Shown here: positions 9,083-19,664 of the stretch, in pieces
Layout: the number at the start of each line of letters is the position of its first letter
How positions within the stretch are numbered: the first letter of the stretch is position 1
Source: an uncultured bacterium
GTDB lineage: Bacteria > Desulfobacterota_D > UBA1144 > Nemesobacterales > UBA2774
DNA: 64,000 nucleotides
Direction: 5' to 3'
Assembly: GCA_963705505.1 (NCBI GenBank)
Contig: CAVPJU010000010.1
Span: 480,001-544,000 of the forward strand
Notes under the pieces: generated by a model
Seen by the model: only the letters and a program-made list of their open reading frames with translations
The model's database searches: none
Told to the model about the DNA's origin: nothing
Made by a program: the position numbers and the translations under genes

Positions 9083-10632
9083 GATAATAGCTCCTCCGAA
9101 GATATTGGAAGTTTGATAGTGACTGTAGTCCCCTCCCCTTCCTTGCTTTTCAGGGATATCTCACCGCCGTGGTCACTTATGATTCGTTTTGCTACCGAGA
9201 GGCCGAGCCCCGTGCCCTTGCCCGCGGGCTTTGTCGTAAAAAAGGGCTCGAATACATACGGAATAATCTCTTTGGGGATACCGGCCCCACTATCTCTTAT
9301 AGTTATGACGGCTAACCCCGACACTGTGTCGCCCGAAGCTTTTAAAGTGAGCGCGCCCCCTTCGGGCATAGCGTCGACTGCGTTCATTATGGTATCGGTG
9401 AACACGAGATGAAGGAGGTTTGTATCGGTAAGTATTATCAAATTATCCTCCGTTTCCACCCTCACATCTATAACTCTTTTCTTGAGAAGGGGCCTGATGA
9501 GGTCGACCGACTCGACGAGTATGGACGACACATCCTCGGGACTCTGCTCGCTCCGGGGGTTGCCCACGAACTTAAGGAGCCTCTGTATGACCTTCTGGCC
9601 GTAGAGTATCTGTCTTTCCACAGAATCCATTTTTTCAAGCAGCCCCTCGCATTCCGGGATAGACGACAGGTCTTCCTTAAGCATCTGCACCCTCAGCAGC
9701 ATGGATGCGAGCGGCGTGCCCATGTGGTGGGCGAAGCCCTCGGCCATCCTCCCAACGATCTGAGACTTCTCGATCTCGATGATTTTCTTCCTCATCGCCA
9801 CCCTCGCGGAAATATCTCTCACGGTCTCGATGAACTTCCCGCCGCCCTGGCTCATATGAACGAGGCTTATGCTTACAGGGACTCTCCTGCCGTCTTTTTT
9901 TATCATTTCCGTCTCGTAGTCGGCAACCGAAACACCCTCTTTAGCGTTTCTCAGCTTTGCCGTAAAGCTTTCCCTGTGCTCAGGCGTGATCATTTCCCAA
10001 ATGTTCCCGATTACCCCGTCCTCGCTCCCGGTAAACAGGATAAGCCCCGCCCTGTTTATAGACTCGATCCGGCCTTCGCCGTCAAAAACGAGCACGGCGT
10101 CAGACGTATTGTCCATTATCCCGCGGAGCCTCTCTTCCCCTTCCCGCAGCAGCCTCTCAGCCAATTTCCTTTCCGTAATATCTACGAGCGTGCTGAGCAC
10201 AACGATCCCGTTCTCCGTCTTCACGGGGTTTAAGCCGATCTCCACGGGGAACTCGGACCCGTCCTTCCTCCGGGCGAAGAGATCCCGTCCTTTTCCCATC
10301 GGCCTTGCGCTCGGGGACGACATGAACGAATCCCTGAATACGGCATGATTCCCACGAAAACGCTCCGGTACGAGGGTGTCTATGCTTTTCCCCAGAAGCT
10401 CACCGGACCCGTATCCGAGCATCCTGTTGACAAGGGAATTCGCGAAAATAATCTTTCCCTTTTCGTCGGTCATAACAATCCCGCTGGGCACGGACTCGAC
10501 TATGAAGCTGTAATTGTTCCTGAATATTCCGCTCTCCTTATCGTCGTCCGCACCTTCGCGATGCTTGACCCTCTCCCTGAGCTCCTCCAATTCCGCAATA
10601 AGCTCTTTCTTCGTCTTTTTCAGATCCTTCAT
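9079..10632 (-). CDS. soluble PAS-PAS sensor histidine kinase
   Basis: Two PAS/PAC domains, H-box AHHMGTPL, NAVDAM, DSGAGI, FFTTK, GTGLGL; no TM helix. Confidence 0.93.
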   Translation of the reverse strand: MKDLKKTKKELIAELEELRERVKHREGADDDKESGIFRNNYSFIVESVPSGIVMTDEKGKIIFANSLVNRMLGYGSGELLGKSIDTLVPERFRGNHAVFRDSFMSSPSARPMGKGRDLFARRKDGSEFPVEIGLNPVKTENGIVVLSTLVDITERKLAERLLREGEERLRGIMDNTSDAVLVFDGEGRIESINRAGLILFTGSEDGVIGNIWEMITPEHRESFTAKLRNAKEGVSVADYETEMIKKDGRRVPVSISLVHMSQGGGKFIETVRDISARVAMRKKIIEIEKSQIVGRMAEGFAHHMGTPLASMLLRVQMLKEDLSSIPECEGLLEKMDSVERQILYGQKVIQRLLKFVGNPRSEQSPEDVSSILVESVDLIRPLLKKRVIDVRVETEDNLIILTDTNLLHLVFTDTIMNAVDAMPEGGALTLKASGDTVSGLAVITIRDSGAGIPKEIIPYVFEPFFTTKPAGKGTGLGLSVAKRIISDHGGEISLKSKEGEGTTVTIKLPISSEELLS

Positions 10633-10735
10633 GCCGAGAATATCCGTGGAACTGTAATTTTGAGTTATTTTTGAATTTAAAATGAGGGTATCATTTTATA
10701 TAGTGGGTTTCAAACGGGGCGTGCAGCGTAGGGGG

Positions 10736-11320
10736 TTACTTGTTTCCGTAAATAAAAGTATAAAACTCGAACCTGCGCTCCCAGTTCTGAAGGTCGTAGG
10801 AAGCTATAACGAGGTCCTTTTGTTCATTCGTAGCCTCGTCCAGCACGTAATAGTTAAGCACGGTTTCGGGCTCGAATCCGTAATGGCCGAGGATCTTCAT
10901 AAAGCTCATGTTGTCCGGGATATACCTGACAATTATCTTCTGGAAATGGTTTTTGAGCCCTTCGTAGAGGAGCATGTTGAACATATGAGAGCCGATCCCC
11001 TGCCCCCTGTATTTCGGATGGACAATCAGCTTCACTTCGGCTGCATGGGGCCAGTAAAGCCCCTGTGTGTGGAGGGTACCCTTTGCGACGACCTCGTTCT
11101 TTTTCAACGTCACGAGCTCGACCACCTTCTTATAATTCGGGTTAGTGAACCAGTTTTCGAGCGATTCCCACTTCGTAACGTCGTCTTTATAAATAAGAAG
11201 GTCTTCCCTCGGGATTTTCGAAAAAAATTTATGCACGAACTTAAAATCCTGTTCAAGCGGGGGCCTGATAGTGACCTTTGTTTTATCTTTAAGCACAAAC
11301 TCTTTCGGATACTCGTTCAT
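10736..11320 (-). CDS. GNAT-family N-acetyltransferase
   Basis: VHPKYRGQGIGS acetyl-CoA motif and YGF. Start moved to ATG 11320 (MNEYPK) behind an AGGGAG RBS. Confidence 0.85.
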   Translation of the reverse strand: MNEYPKEFVLKDKTKVTIRPPLEQDFKFVHKFFSKIPREDLLIYKDDVTKWESLENWFTNPNYKKVVELVTLKKNEVVAKGTLHTQGLYWPHAAEVKLIVHPKYRGQGIGSHMFNMLLYEGLKNHFQKIIVRYIPDNMSFMKILGHYGFEPETVLNYYVLDEATNEQKDLVIASYDLQNWERRFEFYTFIYGNK

Positions 11321-11667
11321 CTCCCTTAACAGCTTGCAAGGAGCATACCATGTGAGTTGAGGGCTCCGGGTGTTGTGCGGATGCAGCTTTAAGCTCACTA
11401 CGTCAGATCACCGATTTCACTGAGATAACGGGTAAATACGCTCATGTTATATCGAGGATGCATATTTTGTACGCTCATGCGAAGGGAGAAGCCCTGCTTG
11501 CCCGAGGTTACTGTTTGCCGATATGGAAATCGTATTGTCATAATTTAAGACATACGACAGGGGGAGTTAATATCCCTCTAAGGAATATTTAAATCAGGTG
11601 ATAGATAGAATCTGCAAAGGCAGTGATTAAATTAGTTCTGAAACAGCCGGGAGGGCTGGAATTGTCG

Positions 11668-13080
11668 TCATCCGTCCTTCTTTCTCCCAGAGCTCAGGGT
11701 TTTAATGTACTCGATGACCTCGGCGCTGTTCTCCCCGGCCCATTCCCAGTCGAAAAACTCGACCTCGTTAAGTGTGACGGGCGCATCGCCGAAGAGGAAA
11801 ACGGCCCGGTATCCGTCCGTCCACCAGGGCTGTTTCATGAAGTTCCTGTGGGGGTTCTCAGGGGTCGCGGGCGCGATACCCTTAACATAACCGAACTTCT
11901 CGACGCCTCCCGAGAAAAGGAGGTCCTGCTCGAGGTAAGTCCTCGCTTCGTCTATGTCAGGGTCGATAGCGTGTGCAGAGAGCCAGGGCGTCCTGATCGT
12001 GAAGTAAGAGCCTACGTCCCGACTCACGGAACCTATCCACACGTCCATGCCCTTATAACGTATAGGCATGAGCCAGAGGCGGAGGTGATTACGCTCGTGT
12101 ATCGTGGACCTCGCTTTCTGAAGCCCTATGTCCTGGGCCCTCCTGAATACGTAGACGCTGCTCATTGGAGAGGTCCTGTACCTCACGCCCGAGAAATAAG
12201 CCTTGAACGCCCTCCAGCCCGAGCCCGCCGAAATAGGCTCCGTGACGTCCCATCCCCTCCTCATGAATGCGGAGATTATGTTGTCCGTATCGCCTATGAC
12301 GAAGAAGTTGAGCGCGTCGTTCTTCCCCGTGCCGTCCTTCCTCGTCGCGCAGCACGGGACGCTCTCGAGCGCCCCGCGGAGCTCCTCCTCGGTCTCGTAG
12401 TTCACATACTCCTCTTTCTTGTACAGTGAGTCCCAGTCCACCCTCTGATAGTCGAGCTTGATTCCGGGTATTACGAAATAGAACATGAAGTTTTTTTCCC
12501 GGTCCTCGCCGTACACGCTTACGTTCAGGTACTTAACCCCCGGGTCCCAGTTCGTATAGAAAAAACCCGAAAGCTCGCCGCCCGCGGGGATCTCCCTCTT
12601 TATGCTATGCCTATTGAAGTAATCCTTTATCTCCTCGTTCACCGGGCTCGCATAGCTGTAGTTCGTGTAGGCGGCCTCGTTAGGCGAGTAGTATCCGGGG
12701 TCGGTCGCGACGTAGATCAGGGTGATCGGCTTGCCCGCCGTGTTCCGGATCTTGAGCCACACGGGCTGAATGCCGTTCCGGGCCAGATTCACACCGAAGA
12801 CCTCCTCGCTCTCGTGATCGCTCAGCACGGCGGCCGTCACGGATATGCCCTCTTCAGTCTGCGTCTCGGCTCTAAGCATGAACGGGACATCCTTCAAAGG
12901 GTCGGGAGAAGGAGAATAGACCTTGCACCCCTTGGCAGGCGGGGTGCTGAACATGCTCGCATCCTCCCCTTCCTGGTTCGCGCAGTAGGACGCGCATCCC
13001 AAAATACCAGCGGGCAGACATGCGGTCAGGACTAGCATGCCGAGCCAAAAAATTTTTCTCTTTCCCGGGAGTCGCTTCAT
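11668..13080 (-). CDS. LssY C-terminal-domain putative lipoprotein (paralog 2)
   Basis: Signal peptide with ILGC; D(A/P)LN, SPMSS, RNHLRLW and IDPDIDEAR motifs; paralog of the adjacent gene. Confidence 0.7.
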   Translation of the reverse strand: MKRLPGKRKIFWLGMLVLTACLPAGILGCASYCANQEGEDASMFSTPPAKGCKVYSPSPDPLKDVPFMLRAETQTEEGISVTAAVLSDHESEEVFGVNLARNGIQPVWLKIRNTAGKPITLIYVATDPGYYSPNEAAYTNYSYASPVNEEIKDYFNRHSIKREIPAGGELSGFFYTNWDPGVKYLNVSVYGEDREKNFMFYFVIPGIKLDYQRVDWDSLYKKEEYVNYETEEELRGALESVPCCATRKDGTGKNDALNFFVIGDTDNIISAFMRRGWDVTEPISAGSGWRAFKAYFSGVRYRTSPMSSVYVFRRAQDIGLQKARSTIHERNHLRLWLMPIRYKGMDVWIGSVSRDVGSYFTIRTPWLSAHAIDPDIDEARTYLEQDLLFSGGVEKFGYVKGIAPATPENPHRNFMKQPWWTDGYRAVFLFGDAPVTLNEVEFFDWEWAGENSAEVIEYIKTLSSGRKKDG

Positions 13081-13084
13081 GACG

Positions 13085-14422
13085 TCATTTCTCCCCGCCG
13101 GACGCGCCGTTATCACCCTTCGCCGGATTCCCTTCGCCGGGCTCACTGTCATAAACGATATCCACATCCTCCCAGTCAAAATATTCCACGCTGCCGAGGT
13201 TAACCTGACTGTCGCCGAACACGAAAACCGCGCGGAAGCCGTCTGACCACCAGGGGAGCTTGTTCAGATTGTAGCGGGGGGTCTCAGGTGTCGCCTCCCC
13301 TACTCCCCTGACGAAGCCGAGCTTGTGAACGCTCTGGGAGAGGACGAGGTCTTCTACGAGATAGTCCCTCGTCTCATCTATATCGGGGTCTATCTCCTGA
13401 GCTGCGAACCAGTATTTTCTGATTCTGAGGTCAGAGCCTATGTCCCTGCTTACGGCTCCGACCCAGACGGTCTTCCCCTTATACCTGAAGGGAGTGAGCC
13501 AGAGCCTGAGAGTATTCCTCTGGCGGAATTCCGCGTCGCCCGTATGTCTGGACTTCTGGAGGCTCACGTCCTGCCTCCGGCCCAGCGTATACAGACTCGC
13601 CATCGGAGAGGTCCTGTAGCTTACCGGAGAGAACGCCTGACTCAGGTCGAGGTTGAATTTTTTTGTCGCGGCCTCGGTTATATCCCATTTCCTGCGTACT
13701 ATTGCCGAAGATATGTCGTCAGGGTCCCCGATGAGCACAATGTTGAGGGGATCACCTCCGCCTGTGCCGCCCTTGCCGGTCGTGCAGCAGGGGAGCCCTT
13801 CCAATGCCGCCCGGAGCTCCTTATCGTCATCTATATCGATTATCTCGTCCTTGGTGTAAAGCGTGGCGAAATCCACGTTCTCATAGTCGGGCTGCGATCC
13901 CGGCACCTCGAAGTAGAAAAAGAAATTCTCCGTGCCGCTTATCTGGTAGAGCGTCACATTGACGAACTTCATTCCGGGGTCGAGATTCGTGTAGACGAAC
14001 CCCCTGTCCCTCTCACCCGGCATTATGAACTCTATCTGGATGCCGTATTTCGAGAACTGCTCGTCCATTGTTTTGTTGGCCGAGCTGTTGAACTTGAAAT
14101 GGTTCATGAAGGCGACTTCCTTGGGCGAGAAATAACCGGGGTCGAGAGCAATTGGCATGAACAGGTACGGGACGCCGGTTTTGTTCTCCACATCGAGCCA
14201 CACAGGCTGGACGCCGTTGGCCGAGAGGTCTACGCCGAATACCTCCTGGCTCTCCTCGCGGCTCAGTACCGCGACTGTAACCGTGAGGCCGTTACGGCTC
14301 TGGGTCTGGGCCCTGTCGAGGAAAGACACCTCTTCCGGAGGTTTCGGCGAATAGCTCCCGCCGCAGGCCAGTAGGCTCGTTACAATAATACTTCCGGCGA
14401 TCAGCCATAATGATTTCAGCAT
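13085..14422 (-). CDS. LssY C-terminal-domain putative lipoprotein (paralog 1)
   Basis: LLAC lipobox after MLKSLWL start; GDPLNIV, RNTLRLW and IDPDIDETRD motifs. Confidence 0.7.
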   Translation of the reverse strand: MLKSLWLIAGSIIVTSLLACGGSYSPKPPEEVSFLDRAQTQSRNGLTVTVAVLSREESQEVFGVDLSANGVQPVWLDVENKTGVPYLFMPIALDPGYFSPKEVAFMNHFKFNSSANKTMDEQFSKYGIQIEFIMPGERDRGFVYTNLDPGMKFVNVTLYQISGTENFFFYFEVPGSQPDYENVDFATLYTKDEIIDIDDDKELRAALEGLPCCTTGKGGTGGGDPLNIVLIGDPDDISSAIVRRKWDITEAATKKFNLDLSQAFSPVSYRTSPMASLYTLGRRQDVSLQKSRHTGDAEFRQRNTLRLWLTPFRYKGKTVWVGAVSRDIGSDLRIRKYWFAAQEIDPDIDETRDYLVEDLVLSQSVHKLGFVRGVGEATPETPRYNLNKLPWWSDGFRAVFVFGDSQVNLGSVEYFDWEDVDIVYDSEPGEGNPAKGDNGASGGEK

Positions 14423-14687
14423 CCTTTCACTACATCCGTCCGTAATTCCGAAACAAGTCCCGTGCTGCGACATGGGATCCACTCAGAATCCGTTAAAGGC
14501 CATTATTATAATGTGATACACGCAACGATAGGGCGCCCTAACAAGCTTCCCCGTAATTTTATTGCTTACACAGAAATTATTCAATATTTTTAAGACATGA
14601 ACGGAGTGTTTATAAAAAACCGGAACGTCTGATTCGGCTATCGGCGAGACCCGCATCGAGGAATGGAGTCGACCTCTACAGGAACGG

Positions 14688-15086
14688 CTACTGAACCCTG
14701 CCCCACTCGACCTTCTTAGACCTGAGACCCGCATCCACTGTCATTGTGAATTTAGTGCTGTCGCTCATCCTGATTTCCACGTCGTAGTCTTTTTGTCTCT
14801 TTACGGAGTAGACCTTCCCTTCCCAAATGCCTTTCGCGCCGTCGTATACTAGGTTCTTGAAAATTACCGTGGAAACAACACCCGGGTTCTCCGAGTCTTC
14901 CACGATAACACCCTCGTAGTAGCTTCCTTTATTCTGAATTTCCACAATTGCCGGGTTATCAGTGTCCTTCCACTTTCCGGTAATGCTGTCGGCATTGATA
15001 TCGCCCGCATATGCAGTTGTAAGATTCATCGCGGCTACAGCCGTCAGAGCAAAAGCCATTAGAAAAAGATTTTTCAGTATCTTCAT
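14688..15086 (-). CDS. DUF2147-like exported protein
   Basis: Signal peptide, ITGKWK, WEGKVYS, terminal WGRV. Confidence 0.7.
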   Translation of the reverse strand: MKILKNLFLMAFALTAVAAMNLTTAYAGDINADSITGKWKDTDNPAIVEIQNKGSYYEGVIVEDSENPGVVSTVIFKNLVYDGAKGIWEGKVYSVKRQKDYDVEIRMSDSTKFTMTVDAGLRSKKVEWGRVQ

Positions 15087-15122
15087 GATCACCCCTCTGA
15101 TCGCTTCTCCCAAACGAAGCGC

Positions 15123-15716
15123 TTATTGTTCGCTCGCCGTCAGGATAATTATATCGTCGTATTTGTCGTCGATCGCCACAGTACCGCAGGCTGTAGGATT
15201 GCCCGTAGCATCGAATTTGCAGCCCCAGAGTCCCGCTTCCTCGGCACCGCATTCGTCCTTGTCGAGAGAGACAGCGTAGAAACCCGAGCCCGCCGGTCTG
15301 CTTCTCGTATTGCCCTTGCCGTTCACACCGATAAGCACCGCACCCGACCCCATTTTCCCGTTCTTACACTTGAAGTCACCCTCGTAGTAGAAGTAGAGAA
15401 TCTTGTCCTCGTCGTCCCAGATAAGGTTGACGGACTCCACGTTTCCGTCGCCGTCAGCGTCCACCTGCTGGACCCAAAACGAGTCTGTGTCTCCCGGGGA
15501 GTTCCCGGTGCTCACCTTCATACCGTCATTGCCTATCGAAGTCTTCTGTTGCGCATCAGCAGGCGGCGCGGGATTTTGCGCTTTGTTTATGACATCAGAA
15601 GAGGGCTTCAACACGACCCCTGTCTCGTTTCCCTGCTGCGCCATACATGGGATCGCGGAGAGGATAATCGCGAAAGCCAAAAACAACATGACTTTCATCT
15701 GTGGTTGTATTTTCAT
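15123..15716 (-). CDS. exported hypothetical protein
   Basis: AAGGAG RBS, signal peptide ending CMA, DADGDG acidic loop, four Cys in the mature part. Confidence 0.65.
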   Translation of the reverse strand: MKIQPQMKVMLFLAFAIILSAIPCMAQQGNETGVVLKPSSDVINKAQNPAPPADAQQKTSIGNDGMKVSTGNSPGDTDSFWVQQVDADGDGNVESVNLIWDDEDKILYFYYEGDFKCKNGKMGSGAVLIGVNGKGNTRSRPAGSGFYAVSLDKDECGAEEAGLWGCKFDATGNPTACGTVAIDDKYDDIIILTASEQ

Positions 15717-15910
15717 CTCTTGCTCCTTTGCCCCAAATTTTAATGCTACTTCAATATTTATCAACATTTCCCAAATAATGCACGAAGAAAAGAGCAAAAC
15801 AGAGCATATTGTAAGTGAAGGTACATCAAGTTACTCGTTAGATGGGAGCATCTCTTATTTCGCATAGGACTGCGGCCGCTATAACGAGTTTCTATACGTC
15901 ATGCTTCATT

Positions 15911-16949
15911 TCAGAATTTGAAAGCAACTCCGATCTGTGGGCCGTACATCCACGCGTCCCACAAAAAGCGGTTATCGCCGCTCCCGTGGGAGTACTTATC
16001 ATATAGACCTCTATAACCGATGATGGGAGTGATCTTGTACCAGGGGAGCTCGTAACCGATGTATCCCGCTATGTTCCAGGAGATGTCCGAAGAAAAGCCC
16101 AAACCGAAACCGCCTACGTCGCTCCTCACTTGAACGAAGAACTTGTTAATAGCCAGATTGACGCGCCCGCCGACGATAAAGTCAAACCAGCTCTCGCTCC
16201 CGCTGAATTGCGGGTTTACTCCAAGCGGACCTTTCAAATCAATCTCATCTTTGAGCCACCAATAACGCCCACCTCCAATCAAATCGAGGGTAAGCGAAGT
16301 GTTTGTCTTACTTTGATAACTCCCCATCCCGCTCCCTATCGGCCATGTGCCCACCCTGTAGAATCCTCCGAATTCACCGAGAAAGAACTGGACTCACGTT
16401 TTTGATATTGAGAGTGCGGTCCTGTCTCAGCTGCACATTATCCGTCAATGATATTTTCGAGTAAGTGGTGTCGATAAAGAACCCGAATCTATCCCTCCAG
16501 GCCTCTATGTGTACCTCGGCCGCGAAATCAAGGTTCTTCAAAATATCGGAAAAAGAAACATCGGCATCAGCAGTCCGGCCCTTAACTCCGACTTTCCCGT
16601 TTATCCCCATCATCCAAAGGTACGGAATAACGGCGAAATGCCATTTATTCGACGGAGCTTCGATATAGGTGGTCTCTGTCTCCGTGTCATTCGCCGCCGG
16701 CTGTAGAGAATTGTCATCTCCCGCTGCTTCAGTGTAATAACTATCGTTAATGGCGACCTCATAAGAAGGTCCGAGCAATAACCCCGATTCGTTTGCGTCA
16801 AACGAACCCGCTACAGGGTTGCCCCGTTCATGCATGCACAACACATTGCACTGACTGTATGCACGCTCAGCTCCGGAGATGGAAAAAAGCAGAGCGATAG
16901 GAAAAATGACAAATATGGATCGGAATATATATGACCTCGACATATCCAC
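15911..16949 (-). pseudogene. outer-membrane beta-barrel protein split by a +1 frameshift near 16390
   Basis: ORFs 16374-16949 and 15911-16354 join into one frame (..KNVSQFFLGEFGGFYRVGTW..) if one G at 16390-16391 is removed. WHFAVIPYLW N-terminal strand and C-terminal GPQIGVAFKF. Confidence 0.75.
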
Positions 16950-17029
16950 CTTCCTTTACGATAATCAAACAATTTACCGAAGCCGAAGCATGCTTTCCGA
17001 TTCACATACTCCGGCCTGTTGCGTTTACG

Positions 17030-19573
17030 TCACTCACTCGCCTTATTGTTCCGCTGGCCCTGTTCCATGAGAGCTTTTTCCTCGGCAGGGGTGAGCTTGT
17101 GCGGCTCTAGTTTTACTGTCAGTTTATCAAGATTCCCGGTGAATTTGAATGGCACTTGATAATCCTTGTCGTCCACGGGCGTTCCGGTATCGGCCCCTAC
17201 GTCGAAGGTCTCGTCCCACTGAAGGATGAGCGGGATAGTAGTGCTCCATTTTCTGTGTGTCGACTACCTTGCCGTCAACCTTGAGCACTCCCGGTGCCGC
17301 CCTGCCCGATTCCGCTCATATTATTGAACGCCAGGGTTCCCATACCGAGTCCGTCGTATTTGAAGTCGAACTCAAGAGTATGTTTGCCGGGCGAGAGGGC
17401 TTCCTGACCTTCCCAGCGGGCACGCTTGAGATTAAAGAAATTCCATACGAAGACAGGCTTATTTTTTAGCAGATAGAATCCGAAACCGCGAAACGGCCGC
17501 CTTCGTTAAGTATCACTCCCTCGGCGCCGCCCTTGGGTATCTCGACATCCGCAGTGATTGTGTATGATTTGTCGAGCAAACTTGGAGCGTCGCCATACGG
17601 GATTCCAGTCAGCCCACCGGAGTAGGTAAAGACTGTTCTCCCCGCGGTAATATTGGGCCTAGGGGCGACGAGGCGTGCAGCCACTGTCGCGTCGAGAGGA
17701 AGGACCTCGTACTTCTCAGCCTCCTGCCAGAAGAGCTTCTGCATCTCTTTTAACTTCTCTGGATTCTGTGCCGCCAGGTCGTTATTCTGAGTCCAGTCCT
17801 TGGTGAGGTCGAAGAGCTCCCACTTGTAAGCATTTGCCGGGTCCTGTGTGACCGGCCCGGCTACGTCCCAGGGTGCTCTTGTTGGAACGGTGCTGGCAAT
17901 CCATCCGTCGTGGTAGATCCCATGGACGCCCATCATCTCGAAGTACTGTGTATGGTGAGTCGAGGGCGCGTCAGCATTGGCCTTATCAAAGGTATAGGCC
18001 ATGCTAACGCCTTCTATAGGCTTCTGCTGCTATCCCGTTTACAGTCTCAGGAGCCCTGATGCCCGTGACTTCGAGGATAGTAGGCACGATGTCTATAACA
18101 TGGTGGAACTGGTTACGTATACCGCCTGCATCCGTGATATGGCCGGGCCAGGCGATTGCCATGCCCTGTCGCACACCGCCGAAATAGGAAGGTATCTGCT
18201 TCGTCCATTTAAAAGGCGTGTCGAAAGCCCATGTCCATGCTACAGCCATGTGCGGATATGTCTGGTCAGTGCCCCATACGTCGTAAAAATATTTCAACTG
18301 GTCCTCGACCGGTACGTTTACGCCGTTGAACATAGCAACCTCATTTGGTGTACCGATAGGTGTCCCTTCGGCGCTCGAACCGTTGTCCCCGCTTATATAG
18401 ATTATTAGCGTGTTGTCGAGCTTTCCCATGTCATCGACCGCCTGTATGACACGGCCGATTTCGTGGTCGGTATAGGCGAGGTATGCGGCATAGACCTCCG
18501 CCTGACGTATGAACATCTTTTGCTCGTCCGGAGTAAGAGTATCCCACTCTTTTAGCAGATCTTTCGGCCAGGGCGTGAGCTCCGCGTCCTGAGGGATGAC
18601 ACCCAGCTTCTTCTGATTGGCGAATATCTGATCACGGAGCGCGTTCCAGCCATTGTCGAAAAGGTGCATGTTGTGGATCTTCTCGATCCACTCCTCAGTC
18701 GGATGGTGAGGCGCGTGTGTTCCGCCGGGAACATAATAGACAAGAAACGGCTGAGCGGGATTGATTTCGTTGACCTGATTCATCCATTGAATGGCCTCGT
18801 CAGCCATTGCGGTGGTAAGGTTCCAGCCCGGGGTTGCCGACATAGGGGTATATAGCAGTTGTGTTTCGGAAGAGGTTCGGCTGCCACTGGCTCGTATCCC
18901 CGCCCACAAAACCGTAGAAGTATTGAAAGCCCATTCCTATAGGCCACTGGTCGAAAGGACCCAGCTGGCTCGCCTCGAATGTCGGTGTATTGTGGTCCTT
19001 GCCGAACCAGGACGTGCTGTAGCCGTTCTCTTTTAATATTTCACCAATGGTTGCCGAGTCTTCCGGGATGATGCTGTCGTAGCCCGGAAAGCCCGTCGAT
19101 TGCTCAGATACCACTCCGAAGCCTTCGGAGTGGTGGTTACGGCCCGTGATCAAGGCAGCCCGAGTCGGCGAACAGAGTGAGGTGGAGTGGAAATTAGTAT
19201 AGCGGAGCCCCATCTTCGCAATGCGGTCAAGAGCAGGGGTAGGTATCACGCCCCCGAATGTGCTCGGGGCGGCGAATCCGACGTCGTCCGTCATGATGAG
19301 CAGTATGTTCGGTGCGCCCTTGGGCGGCACGATTCGCGGCGGCCACCAGGGCTTGGACTGTGAAGCGTTCTCCTTAATCACACCGCCGAACGGCAGCGGA
19401 GGCGCCGGGAGCTCCTTTCCATCTATAGTGCGGGTCGCGTCGGGCGAACCCGGCACGCCGGTTATATCCTGGGCCATGACAGATACGGTTGCGGAATGAA
19501 CTCCGAGGGCCGATAAAATGAGAGCTGCGGCCAAGCTAACAAATACAGAGCTATATATAAATAATCTCGACAT
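17030..19573 (-). pseudogene. arylsulfatase paralog with four single-base frameshifts (pseudogene or assembly error)
   Basis: CSPTRAALITGR motif; collinear with 19665-22139. Indels near 18830 (+1), 18027 (+1), 17488 (-1) and 17240 (+1); corrected frame ends ..NNKASE-TGA at 17030. Confidence 0.85.
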
Positions 19574-19664
19574 ATTGACCTCCCTTAAGAACAATCAAGC
19601 AACCTATTGAAGCCGGAGCTTGTATATGAATTTGCATGCTCCGGCTGATTGTGTATGCCATAAT

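Noticed and set aside
17030..19573. Programmed frameshifting or phase variation in the second sulfatase
   Set aside because: Four independent shifts of mixed sign, without slippery heptamers or long homopolymers; error or decay is simpler.
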